Positions 1-14,004 of a stretch of 64,000 nt of DNA are shown piece after piece. Each line of letters opens with the position of its first letter. Position 1 is the first letter of the stretch. The position numbers and the translations under genes are program-made. This DNA is from the human T2T-CHM13v2.0 reference genome, Homo sapiens. The notes beneath the pieces are model-generated. The model worked only from the letters and a program-made list of their open reading frames with translations. It was not told the origin of the DNA and searched no databases. The stretch lies in assembly GCF_009914755.1 (NCBI RefSeq), contig NC_060935.1; one strand, 5' to 3'.

Positions 1-7
1 ATAGATC

Positions 8-664
8 AGGGGTTTCCAAAACCCTTTCCTCAGATATGATCATTTGCTAGAATGGCACACAGAACTCAGGAAGGCACTTAGGTTTACTAGTCTATTATAA
101 AGGATAAAACTCAAAATCAGCCAAAAGGAAGAGATGCATAGGGCATGGTTTGTGGGAGAGGCACAGAGCTTCCATGCTTTCTCATGTGCATGACCCTCCA
201 GCACCTTTATATATTTACCAACCAGGAAGCTCTCTGAACATTTTCGGCCAGAGTTTTTATGAAGTGTCATTAAGTAGGCATAACTGATTAAATCACTGGC
301 CATTGATAGTTGACCTCCAGCTTCCTTCCCCTTTCTCATGGGTCGGGGGTATGAGGCTGAATGTTCCAATCCTTTAATCATATGCTTGGTTCTCCTGGCA
401 ATCAGCTTCCCCATCCTCAGAGCTTTCTAAAAGTTGCCTCATTAACATAAACTCAGATGTAGGTGAAAGGGGCTTGTTATGAATAACAAAAGATGTTCCT
501 TTTACCTTAATCATTTCAGAGCTTTTTCAGGAACTGGGGACAAAACCCAAATATTATAACCATAGATGCCACTATCATCTTTCAGAAAGTTACAAGGTTT
601 TTAGAAGCTCTGTGCTAGGAAGGGAGATCAAGGAGGCAAGATGTATATTTCTTCTTATGTCACA
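8..664. mobile_element. MER21-family LTR
   Basis: Motifs tttgctagaatgg..cacagaactcagg, aagagatgcatagggc, taaatcactggccattg, and terminal tatatttctt...tcaca resemble the MER21 consensus. Confidence 0.7.
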
Positions 665-1657
665 CCATTTAAAAAAAAAAAAAATGAACTAGACAACTGT
701 GCAAGAAAAAGTTATTGACCTAGAAAACAGACTCAGAGACCTAAGCTGAAAATCTGTTCAATGCCAGATTTTAAATATGAAAATGTATAGACAATGATGC
801 AACACAGCAGAGCTAGCAAATAAGTGGCTCCTCCTCACTCCTCTCCTCCCCACCCAACCCTCTCTCACAACAGTCATCAGTAATCTTTGCCTGCAATCTT
901 TGCCTCTGAGCCAAGATAAGACCAGAAGGTTCTTAACCTAGCATTTTGGGCAGCCTCTATCCAATGCTTGTAGTTGCAAAGTAAGATTAAAATAACTTGC
1001 TTCTGTAGAGACAATTACATCATCTGAAAATAATGGGAAAAAGTGAAAGAAAATAACTTGTCATTTTTTCAGTAGGAGAGGATCCAAGATAAGAATTCAG
1101 CCTAAAAATGGATAAGGCACACACAAGGTCTCTTCAAGATGTAAGAAGAAGACATTTAGATATATTCTTGTTAAATCCCTGAACTTTAGAGATAAAAATG
1201 GCTTAAACAACTAAAGAGAACATTTCAGGCCATCACAGGTAAGAATAGCTTGAGATTGTCCTACTGAGGTGCTTAAAAAAATTCGCAAATCCACAGAACC
1301 TGCATAAATTCTCCATTGGGCAACTTTATCTTCAAAGAATGACTCAAGGGGCATTTGGCTTAGATAAACCACAGTTACTTAAAAATAAATTATGTAAGCA
1401 TTAGGGAAAATATTGATACATAGTAAAATTTAACTTGTATAGCAGCCCTTAAAAATTAGGAGAAAAGATATTTTAAATGTGTGCAGTTCTGTCAATCTTA
1501 AATTAATTAGAAGTGATTGGGTGAGTTCCAGTGGTAGGCAACCAATTTCCTGTTAAGGAGTCCAAAGTTGTTTTTTTCTTTGTAATAGATTAAAATATGA
1601 ATTTAGATTAACAAAATGATTAGACTGAGTTTTTCCTTTTTTTTTAAGTATTAAGGT

Positions 1658-1995
1658 GTTATGTCATTGCATAAAAAAAAACTATTGATTTTAAAACACA
1701 CCATTATATAAAAACCACTCAGAAAGAGAAAAATCACTTTAAGCTATTACTCAATGCTTTCTTGTTGCTGAGAATTTTTATTTTATACTTTTTGAAGGTG
1801 CTCATGTAGGCTTATTGAGACATGTAAGTAATCATACTGTGAAGAGCTACAAGCAAGTTCATGCCCGTGGAGACAATGATAACTCTTAGACCTTCCACCT
1901 AGCTGGCAGCCATTGTAGGATGCCAGTAAAACACAACCTGACTTTAAGGACGTTAAAATGTGAAAAATATGTGCCTTAGAATTGATTAAATATGA
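1658..1995. mobile_element. MER104/Kanga-like Tc2 DNA transposon remnant
   Basis: Degenerate ends caccattat...accactcagaaagagaaaaa and gttaaaatgtgaaaaatatgtgccttagaattgattaaatatg. Confidence 0.5.
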
Positions 1996-2364
1996 CACAT
2001 TAAGTAAGTTACCTTCCAGGTGGGTTTAAAAGGAAAGAAGGTACTTAAAACAGATAAGTATGATTGGACCTGACCAGACTGTACTACAGGAATGTACAAA
2101 ATGCCTTGACTAACTCTACAGAGAAGGCTTTCCAGTCGGAGCACAGAGATGTCCTTGGAGAAGATAGAATTGAAAAGAAGGAGAAAACTCCAGAATGATA
2201 GAGTTCAAATATGACAGGCTAGGTTAAATGCCCCTGGGATCTGGGGATTCAAGTCATGATCATGAGGCTCTCACAGTACTGATGCTGCTGGTGCCACCAT
2301 AAGGTGATGAGGGGACAGCAGTGTCCCTCTGCTGGTAGGCATCCAGTATCTATTGTTGCAAGAG

Positions 2365-2402
2365 TGCATGCATGCATGAGTGCATGCATGCATGAGTGCA
2401 TG
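2365..2402 (+). repeat. (TGCA)n microsatellite, probably a degenerate L2 3' tail
   Basis: tgcatgcatgcatgagtgcatgcatgcatgagtgcatg preceded by L2-end-like sequence (...ctattgttg). Confidence 0.75.
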
Positions 2403-2489
2403 AGAGACCGAATAACTGAGTAAGTGCATGCAGTAGGGTTGTCTGGGGCCCAGCATAACAGCTGTTCTCTTTTCCCTTGTCACCCTCAG

Positions 2490-2630
2490 AGAAACTGGAG
2501 AGTGAGAAGCTAAATGTGGCTGAGGTCACCCAGTCAGAGATTGCTCAGAAGCAAAAACTGCAGACTGTCCTGGAGAAGATCAATGAAACCCTGAAACTTC
2601 CTCCCAGGAGCATCAAGTGGAATGTGGATT
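2490..2630 (+). CDS. PARVA: Alpha-parvin coding exon (exon 5, 141 nt, phase 1-1), CH1 domain
   Basis: Acceptor ...caccctcag|AG and donor GATT|gtgagt. Translates (E)KLESEKLNVAEVTQSEIAQKQKLQTVLEKINETLKLPPRSIKWNVD, recognised as alpha-parvin. Confidence 0.97.
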
Positions 2631-3176
2631 GTGAGTTGAACAAAGGAAAGGGGCACCATTAAACAATGCCTGTGGTCCCTGCCATGGGGCTTCCCCAAGA
2701 AGCCATCCATAAGCTTGGCAGTCTTCAGGGGAGGGGGTCAAACTCATTTATCTTTGAACAAGTTGCCCCGCTTCCTCAGAACTTGGAAGAAGTTCCATCC
2801 ATACCCTTGGGGAAAAATAACAGAATGTCAAAATCTCACGTTCCTCTTCTGTAAAAGGCTTTGCATAGAAACCTCACGTGAAATGGGGAAGGGAAGGAAA
2901 CTCATTCACTGAGCTACTTCTTCTAAGTCCCAGCACAGCCTTTTGAGAAAGCTGTTGTCTGCAGCTTGGAGAGGCTTGGGAAGCTGAGGTCCCCACATTC
3001 ACACAGCTGAGAAGCAGGGAGCAAGGATTCAGTTCTGTCTATTCCAAAGCCCGCGCCCTTCCAATCCCCCTTCATTTTCTAGAAAGAGCAAAGATATGGC
3101 TGAGATCATAGGCACTGAAACAAGATGTTAAAATTCAGCTTTTTACAGGTAGCATAGCTCAGAGACCTCAGAAAGC

Positions 3177-3223
3177 ATAAATTATTAGTTTATAATAATT
3201 ATTAGTTTATAAATTATTAGTTC
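3177..3223. repeat. AT-rich tandem repeat, about 15-17 bp unit x3
   Basis: aattattagtt occurs three times. Confidence 0.8.
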
Positions 3224-4009
3224 ATTTACTGCTCCAAAGGCCCGGTGTCTAATACAGACTTAATGAGTCCCTATCAGAATTAATCAAGGGATTAGGTGAA
3301 TCTAGCAGTAGCAACTGGATTCCAAAGTTTATTGTAATAGATAAAAATATGAATTTAGATTAATAAAAGATTAGATTAGACTGTGTTTTGCCTTTAACTA
3401 TTAAGGGGTTAAGTACTATGCTTTATTGCGTCTAACTTACACAACTTAAAATCAACAGCCCCCTACAAAAAAAAATACTTTTCAAACTTGGGAAAGCAAA
3501 TGGAGTCTTCACCTCTAAAGTTAGAAACCCAGTAACTGCCAGTCACAATCCCTCCAGCAGGTCTCTAACATCTGACGTTGGGGCTGAGACACCAAGTGCC
3601 TCCTCGGCATAATTACACGTTTTTGTGCACAGCATGATCAGCTGCTTTGCACAGCAGTGACGCTGGGAACAGGGCACAGGGCGTTCTTTGCCCGCAGAGG
3701 GAGACACCTGAGGGCAGGAGGAGGGGAGGCCGTGCCCTGGGCCCTAGATGCTATCAAGGAGAGGGGCTCTGTTTCACTGTGTTCCAGGAATGCTAGTATT
3801 GTCAATGGGGGAGAACAAGGCAGGGCAGGGAGGTTGATGACTAGTTTGGGAAATGTATCTGCATTTTAAAAATCCACAATAGTCATAAACATTAGAGAAG
3901 TCCTCTAATGAAGACTGCTGTTTAGTTTGGTTTGATCCTATCTCCCGCTCCTTTGAATAGGGACCACCTCCCTGTACCCCTCCAAAAAAAACAAGTCAAA
4001 CATATTTAA

Positions 4010-4446
<437 letters not shown>

Positions 4447-4503
4447 TAATTTCTTACGGGGAAATGTGTGCAAGAAAAATCATCACTCGTATTACCATGC
4501 TAA

Positions 4504-4903
<400 letters not shown>

Positions 4904-5559
4904 AAGTCATATACATTTTTGTGTTTTGTTATTCTTCGCTTGATCTTACATCACACGTATTTTCTACATTCCCTCGTGGTCTTTGTAGTTAAAATTTTTG
5001 ATAGCTGTTTCTATTTCATAGGGTAGATATCCCACTGTTAACTTAAACCCTAGGTTGATGCCTATCCTTTTAGGATGTTTCCCAACCTATTTCTAATATC
5101 AGATAGCACCAAACTGAATGTCTTAGCTTGTGCCTCTTTTTGCTTGAATTACTCCCTTTAGATAAATTTCCAGAACTGAGATGGATTACTAGGTCAGAGG
5201 GAATAATTATCTCATCTTGGTGGCTAGCTCCCTGTGATGCCTTGGGGCTTTTGAAGAGCTGGGCTTATTTACAAAGTCATAGTGGCTTGTTCCATAAGGA
5301 ATGTGGCAGGCTCAGCTCCTGGGGGAAAAGCTCTGTCTCCTCTCTCAGTTACCTTCCGTGGATGTAAACCTGAGGACACTGTGGCGCCTCTCCGCTCAGG
5401 ATGAGGGTGGTAGGGACAGGCTGCTGAGTTACCAAGGTCCTTGATCTGGGGCTTTAGGGATTTCTTCCTTTTTTTTTTTTTCTAATTCACAACAGTAATT
5501 TTCATTATTGAAAATTTACAAAGTGCAGATAAATTTAAATATTAACATTTAACACATGT

Positions 5560-5702
5560 ATTATGCTTATTGTATGTCTTGTATTCTTCTAAACACTTTA
5601 TGTATTTTAATCTTTGTAATCTTCACTCACCCATCTGAAGTAAGAATTCTTTTATTCCCATGTTACAGATGGGAAAGTCAGGGCATAGAGAGGTTAAGAA
5701 AC
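5560..5702. mobile_element. MIR
   Basis: MIR core ttattcccatgttacagatgggaaa...agagaggttaag. Confidence 0.65.
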
Positions 5703-6513
5703 TATGAAGGTAAACTTCATGAGGGCAGGGACTTTTGTCTTTTCACTGCCCACCTAGAGACAAGAACCGTGAACATTGTGCTGTGTTCTTCAAGTTCTGT
5801 GTGTGTCTGTACGTGTGTAATAAGTAGTGTATAATATTTTATATATGTATATATAAAAAACTTTTAGCAAAAATGAGATCAACCTGTTTATGTTGTTTGG
5901 AAGATGTATATATTGACAAATCATTAAATATTCTTCTGTATGTCACTTTTAATACTATATAATGTGACATTGTATGGATCTACCATAATTTACTTAACTG
6001 ATAATGGATTTTCAGATTGTTCTCCGTTTTCCCACTGATATCAATACAGCTGGATGCATTCTCCCTGCTTGTAGCCATAATGACTTCTTTAGGATAAATA
6101 CCTAAGAGTGGTATGTTAGGGCCAAAGGGTGAGAGCATTTTTAAGGTCATAGTACATAATGTTAAATTACCTCCAGAAAAATTACACCAATTTCTGTTTC
6201 CACCACAGGACGTGTTTGGAAGACTATTTCTAACTCAGCAGCCCTGTTTTAAATACTGCTTTCCAGCCCTAGAGTGACACTCTTAGCCTTGCAGCTGCGG
6301 TTCCCGGCTTGCACAGTGAGGCCTGGGCGCTTACTCTTATCCCATATGTTCCCTCCTGACTTGACTGCGGGCACATGTTGGCCTCAGCTTCTGTTGAGCA
6401 CAGGGAGAAAATTCCCAGGAGACGTGTTGAGAGGCAGCAATGATGAGGGTGCACAAATGTTCAACAGTGGGTAGACTCTGTTTTAATTGGAAAAATGGCA
6501 TATTTTTGTTCTA

Positions 6514-7150
<637 letters not shown>

Positions 7151-7224
7151 CAATCTTTCCACTCTAGCATAACTATTTTCATTTGTTTTAATATATTCCT
7201 TTCCAAATGTTGGCCACAAGCACA

Positions 7225-7370
7225 TGTTTGTGTGTGTATATGTAGATATACATACATATGTATATGCTTTTATGTATGCATATATCCATAAATTTATATT
7301 TATAGCTATGTATATTACACACATATACACATGTGTATATAGATATATACACATATACACATATATATAG
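7225..7370. repeat. (TA/TG/CA)n low-complexity repeat
   Basis: Alternating purine-pyrimidine tract. Confidence 0.8.
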
Positions 7371-9614
7371 CTATACTATCTTAACTATGATTTTCAATGC
7401 ATGCAAACTATTCATTATGTGTATATACCATAACTTCTTAAAGCAGTGGTTATTCAACTATGGTTGGTCCAAAACTAGGGATTTGCAAGGAGAAACTCTA
7501 GCATCACCAAGGAGAAGACAAGAAGTCATGGGTAGGCTGCAGTTAGGACTCCAGAATCCTCACTTTAAGCGGAGCAGTTGTACTTTTTTCATCAGTTTTA
7601 ACTATCAACTTTTAGAACAAAGGATTTCTGTGCTTCATATTTAAAAGTTTGAAAAATGCTGATCTAAACCATCCTCTTGTTATTGGACATAGTGTTTTCC
7701 AGGGTTTTAAAACATCATAGTATATTACACAGTAACATCTTTGTACACGTAGCGTAGTATGTATGTGTGTGAGACTATAGACTATTTCTTTCTAAAAAAA
7801 ATCCCAGGAGGATAGAGCATTCATTGAATGAGTCTGACATCTATATGATGCTTATGGTATAGCTCTGCATTGCTCACTAAGACAATGGAGATGGTGTACA
7901 ATGTCACCAGGGTATAAGAACAACTTACTTGATCACAACTTTTCTAGCATTATATTTTGCCATTAAAGGGGAGAGGGGTAGCAAATGTTCTTACAACCCT
8001 CAGTGACGCCAGGTGGTGGGCCGGTAGTTCTGATGAGAAGAGCAAACCTGGATTTGCCTCTGATGGTGACCACACCATGTCAGTGGGTCACAGTGGGTCA
8101 GTGCCACATCAGGATCTTTTTTTGAGGCTGTAAGTCTGGGTAAAACTTAGTTAACAAGGCCCGAAAGCCCAAAATTGAAACCTTCTGGAAGGCTAGGAGT
8201 TCAGAGCAGTTCAGCTTCTGTTTGTGGTGATGGTGAGCTGCTGTTCATAATCAGTAGAAAACCTTCTTTGAAGTAGCAGTGATAACCAGAAACCCTAATG
8301 AGTTACAAAGGAATGTCTGAATCATTCTCTTTTCTTAGTGATTTCTCAAAGCTTCTGCTAAATCAGACTCACTGATCCCAGGGAAGACAGAATGACATCC
8401 TAATAATGGGCCTAGTGCATGCGAAGTACACAAAATAGGCATTTTTTTTTTGTTATTCCCTTAAATGCCCCCTGTAATGAAGAGCCGTGAAGCTGGTAGG
8501 ACTGTGAAGGCAGGCAAAATATCTGATGAATCTTCCCTTTGATGAGAAAGAAAGGGAATAAAGCTGGCATGTTTTAGTTGCCTAGGTGCCAGGTAATTTC
8601 ACATAAGGTATAATAAAAAAAAAAAATCAGCCATTCCTGGCCACCTGTTGTGTTCCAGGAGCATCAGAGAGAAAACTCCCAGGAGACATGTCGAGAGGCA
8701 GGAATGATAGGGGCACACAAATGTTCAACAGTGGCTAGAATTTGTTTTAATTGAAAAGATGGCAGATTTTTATTCTAAAGAATATTTTGAAATAGGAAAA
8801 AAATTAAGACTATCCACTCTAGTGTAACTATTTTCATTTTTTTTTTTAATGAAGGCTTTTGGGGAATCTTTACAACCTGTACATCCACATAGGTTCTGTT
8901 ACCTCCATTTGTAAAGATGAGCAAATTAAGGCTCAGAGGCCTTCGGTGGCCTACCCTACCCAAGGCCATGTAGCCAGTAAATAAGTGGTAGATTATAAAG
9001 TTAGAATTCAGGCTCCAGTCTGCCTGACCCTCTGTGCACCTCACTGAGTCTTTTTCTCCTCATCTAGTGAGAAAACTACAACCCAGTGTGACCCTGCCTT
9101 CTCTGGTGTAAATGGCTTGACTTTGAGCACATGACTCAGCAGCTTTGGCAGCCCCCTGGCTCAGTAACATCCCGTCCCAGCTGCTCCTTAAAGGGCATTG
9201 CCTACAGTGACCATAGTGACACTCAAGCCAAGTAACATAGCCCTTTGAATGTCTCTCTCATGGCTTCTTCCAGGGATCTTAAAGCCCTGAACGAAGGAAG
9301 AGACCTAGTGTTCCTGACTCAATGTTTATTTATTAAGGGCGTGCTTTATGTGCAGTCTTGAGACAAGGGTAGTAGTGATAATCCAGAGTTCATGGTTAAG
9401 TGGGAAGGGAGAGGGAGTGCAGAGCAGACATGCTTATGGTGATTGGAGTGGAGTGGGCAGGGACATGGGACCGGGAGAGAGCTGATCTGAGCTCAGAGCT
9501 CAGCAGTTGTCAGGATCCTCATGGGAACCTGGGATTAGAGAGGTGCCACATTGGAAATCTGGCAATAATATGACCCAAGAAGGAGCCCCATGGGACCTGG
9601 CAAAGAACTGAGGG

Positions 9615-9778
9615 GGCCAGGCCTGGTGGCACATCCCTGTAGTCCCAGCTACTCCACAGAGGCCAAGGCGGGAGGATTGCTTGAGCCTAGGAGTTCGAGG
9701 CTGCAGTGAGCTAGGATTGTACCACTGCACTCCAGCCTGAGCAACAGAGCAAGACCCTGCTTCAAAAAAAAAGAAAGA
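9615..9778 (+). mobile_element. Alu monomer (FRAM/FAM-like)
   Basis: Single-arm Alu with A tail. TSD-like aaaga..tgagggggcc flanks. Confidence 0.85.
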
Positions 9779-9861
9779 TTTGAGGGGGCCCAGAGTGAGG
9801 CCTGTGATGACCACAGGTGTCCCCTGACCCTCAGGCATGGTATAAAGGGACATTGGGTGGA

Positions 9862-10254
9862 TATATTAGGCTGTTCATGCATAGCCATTAAGAAAGGCTT
9901 GAGGCTGGGTAATTTATAAATAAAAGAGGTTTAAACTGGCCAGCATCTGCCTGGCTTCCAGGGAGGCCTCAGGGACCTTTTACTCATGGCAGGAGGCAAA
10001 GTGGGAACAGGCACTTCATATGACAAAAGCAGGAGCAAGAGAGAGAGTGGGCTGCAGGAAGGTGCCATATACTTTTCAACCACCAGATCACATGTGAGAG
10101 CTCGAGTGTACTTATCACCAAGGGAATGGCACTAAGCCATTCATGAGGGATCCACCCCCACAATCCAAATACCTCCCACCAGGCCCCACCTCCAACACCG
10201 GGGATTACATTTCAGCATGAGATTTGGGCAGGGACAAATATCCAAACTCTATCA
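9862..10254 (-). mobile_element. MST-family (MSTB-like) MaLR solo LTR
   Basis: Hallmarks gggtaatttataaa..aaaagaggttta, caccaggccccacctccaac, gagatttgg...gggacaaatatccaaact.tatca. Near-TSD gtgga/gtggg. Confidence 0.85.
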
Positions 10255-10343
10255 GTGGGGTACTACTACACTTTGAACATCTGCTTATATTGCCTAGAAC
10301 CTGGAAGAAGATGCTGTAATTTTTCAATCTTCTTTCATTTCAG

Positions 10344-10459
10344 CTGTTCATGCCAAGAGCCTGGTGGCCATCTTACACCTGCTCGTTGCTCTGTCTCAGT
10401 ATTTCCGCGCACCAATTCGACTCCCAGACCATGTTTCCATCCAAGTGGTTGTGGTCCAG
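10344..10459 (+). CDS. PARVA: Alpha-parvin coding exon (exon 6, 116 nt)
   Basis: tttcatttcag|CTGTT...GTCCAG|gtaaga. Translates (S)VHAKSLVAILHLLVALSQYFRAPIRLPDHVSIQVVVVQ, in frame with exon 5. Confidence 0.97.
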
Positions 10460-10654
10460 GTAAGACAGGTAACACTACAAACATCTGTGTCTTTAAAGAG
10501 TCGTGGAGGTCGAGTTCCTATGGTGCGTCGAGTAGGTCATTAGAAGGATGGCTGCATGAATGTTGAGTGAGCCTGGGTGTGCAGTATATTGGGAGGCACT
10601 GAATGAGCTTTCTGTTGCATGTTGGCTTCCCCTGGTAAGTGTACACAAGATGGA

Positions 10655-10802
10655 AGAGCGTGTGCTTGTGTATAGATAGCTTTGTGTGGGGTATGTGCCT
10701 ATGGTTTATGTGTTTTTGTCTGAGTTTTCTGTGTAATGTGTAGATGAGGGTGTGCGGTATGTATGTGAGCTGTGTGTCATGGGGTCAGGAGGAAAGGTAT
10801 GT

Positions 10803-10835
<33 letters not shown>

Positions 10836-10975
10836 TTTGTGTACAGGAGTGTACAGGTGCCCTGCAAACCATGGAGAACCATAATATTTTGGTTAAACAA
10901 ATGATACTTAGGTATGGGGAGAACGATATCTGTGCATATAAGGGAATGTGTGTGTACATGTGCATGTGTTTGAGA
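10655..10975 (+). repeat. TG-rich tract with a perfect (TG)n core at about 10805-10833
   Basis: Direct observation. Confidence 0.85.
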
Positions 10976-11892
10976 GAGACCCCAACTGGCCATGTCTGTA
11001 GTGAAGGTACTGCCACTGTTCACCCACTCACAGAAGCACAGCTGGGATCTCAAGTCATCTTTTCCAGATTGTTGGATGGAATTTCCATTCACATATGGCT
11101 GTGTAATTTCCACAATGAGGGTGTGCTCTCTCCCTGTGACTATCTCACTCCGCTCCTAACCCCATTAAATACCCAAATTCAATTTTATTTTCCAACTTTA
11201 TACCCATTTAGCAAAAGGTCATCCTTTTGTTTGCTTGTTCCTGTTCTTTTCCAAATAAACATGCAGCAAAGGAGAGCTCTCCATCTAAGCAGCTCCCTGG
11301 CGATCCAGGCTCTGGAATAGGGAATGATAACAGTGGCTCTGCCATCCCTTGATAAGAAAAAGCCTTGAGGGCTGGTAGACTTTGCCCTGTCAGACCAGGC
11401 CAGTTTCCAAGACAAAAGGACTTTGAGTTGAACTTCCAAGGATCAGCTGTCAACAGGAGGAGACAAGGAAATGGTCCTCCTAATCAACTGATCAGTTGTC
11501 CCCCAGTGAAAAACTATTTATTCCACACCTCTGGGTACTTAACTCCACTAAGCATTAAGAAGGTATAACAGGAATATGACACCTCGGCCCTGCCTGCTGA
11601 GGAGATAGGACTACAAGTAAGAAGCAGAGAGGGCTCATAGGAAATGGGAATGTGTGTGGCTCAGATACCGAGTGCCACTGGCCAAAAGGTCCTAAATGTC
11701 CTCGTTATTGAGCTCTTCACTTGTCTCAAACATGGCACTAAGCATTTTATGTCTGCTATGGATATGTGGCCAACTCAGACTACTCTGGTTCAAGCATCTT
11801 CCTAGTGAGTCCAGGTCATCTCTGTCATGTTATTTTTACCAATCAATGATGTGTGAATGCAATTCTTTATGTTTTTAAAAACTACAATTAGG

Positions 11893-12212
11893 GAGGCAGA
11901 GATGAATAGGTGGACATCGTCCCCATAGGTGGGAGCACAGAGGATTTTTAGGTACATGTCACTATACATTTGTCAAAATCCATAGAATGGACAGCACCAA
12001 GAGTGAACCCTAATGTCAGTTATAGACTTTGGGTGATAGTGACAGTATCAATTATAAGCTCATCGGTTGTTAAAAGTGTATCATTCTGGTGTAGGATATT
12101 GAAAGTGGGTGAGGACAAGTATGTGTCAGGGCAGGGAATATATAGGAAATCTCTGGAAATGTCTGTACCTTCCTCTCAATTTTGCTGTGAACCTCAGACT
12201 GCTCTGGAAAAT
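11893..12212 (+). mobile_element. L1MC-type 3' end fragment
   Basis: agcacagaggatttttagg, caagagtgaaccctaatgt, tgtaccttcctctcaattttgctgtgaacct. Confidence 0.75.
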
Positions 12213-13731
12213 ATAGTCTGTTTTTTTTTAATCATGGTTCCTGAAACAGTTCATGAAAGAGTACTTTAAAAGTGACCACATATCACTAACATTGAAATTT
12301 TTAAAAATTATTTTCATAAGTAAACATACTGCTGTTATATTCATTTATAATAGCTCTCTTATCACTAGAGGAGATAAATACTTTTATGTAAATTGCCCTT
12401 CTTTATCTTCTCTTTTGTGACAAATCCAGTCCAGTTCTTTGTGCATGAATTTGTTGAACATCTTAAGACTTTTCTTATCAGCTAGAATAAACAGCCCTCT
12501 AACAGAAATAATAAAATCTGCCTGCTGGAATTACTACAGACTGAATGATGACTGAAAATGTGAGCAGGAGAGAGGGGGCTTCTATTTTGAAACAGTGGTC
12601 ATTGCAAGCCTGTGTCTCCTGCCTTATTTTGAGCTCAATTATAGGCCATCAGAAGCCTGTTGTCAGTTTAATTTCTCCTGTAGGCTGTTTTGTTAGCATG
12701 AGGGAGAAAAGAGGACATGTTCCATAAAATGGCATTAATGCACATCAGGTTTTATGGGGTGTTTTTGCTTTATCAAGTTGAACAGGCACAGAAGCAAGAC
12801 TCAGAATTGGTGGTGAGTCACAGACTGAACCACAGGGAGAACTCTTTAGGGAACAAATAATGGGTGGAGGTGAATCAGGATGCTGTGTGAGGGGTTATTG
12901 AACCCAGATTTCTTTTCCATTCTATGCAGAAGCATTTAATTTTGCAGAAAGTTGGAGATGAGGTTTTATGTCTATGAATGGTCATGCAGGACAAGGACAC
13001 AGATTCCATTAACCCCACATGAAAACACAGCCTGTGTTGAAACTGCATGTGGAAAGAAGTCCTGATTTATCTTCACCTGGTCCTCTTTAAATGATAGATT
13101 TTTTTTTTCTTTTACCTCCTTTTTTGTTTTGATTAGTCCATTCTTAATCTAAGCCAGATAGACTCTTGGTCTTATCCAGTTCTTCCTTTCTTCTGTAAAA
13201 GTATTTTGCAAGGACTCTGGGTTCTGTGGAACTTTGGGCAGGAGGCTCGAGAAGGCAGGGCTCAGATGAGCCACCCAAGTTCAGAGGCTCCTTCCTTCTT
13301 CACGCTCATCTCAGCCTTGGGGAAGATGCATTTGCTTGGTCAATCGCTTGCTATGTCACAGCATCCTCCAGGTGTCTGGTGCTGGTGGTGGAGGGACGTA
13401 GTAGAATGAATCTCCCTCCTCACACCCATCAGAAAGTCTTCCTGCACCCCAACATTACCTCCTTCGTCAGCTCCCATGCCCACACAGTGCTTTTTAAACC
13501 CTCCAAACTGGCACTCAGAGCTGCCCCCTGACTGATGGCAGCTGCCCTCCCCTGGATGGCCTCTGGAACACATTTGTGCGTCCTGCCTCTGCCTCTTGGC
13601 TGGGGCCATTCCTCCCATTGAAATAACCCCTTCTCAGTGTCCAGCTCCAGGGCCCCCTCCCCTTGGAAGGTTTCTCTGACCATTCTAGCTAAAAGTGCTT
13701 GCTCCTGGCCTGCGTTCAGCACTTTCTGCCG

Positions 13732-13850
13732 AGGGTGACCACGTAATCTATTATTCATAACACTTTTGAGATGAAAGGGAATCTTACTAATATGCTGGGA
13801 CATCAGGGATAAACCAGGACTGTTTTGGGGAAACCATTCTCAGGTGTCTA
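13732..13850. mobile_element. MER94-like hAT-Blackjack MITE
   Basis: agggtgacca...acacttttgag..gaaaggg...gggaca...taaaccaggactgt. Confidence 0.6.
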
Positions 13851-14004
13851 CTTCTTCTATCCCGATTGACTTTAGCTCCTCAAGGGCAGAAACTATATCA
13901 TATACTCCATAGTATTTGTTCTAACTCCAGCACAGGGCCTTGTACATAGAGGGCACTGATTAATGAAATAAACAAGAAAGAGGATAAGTTGATGGGAGAA
14001 GTGT

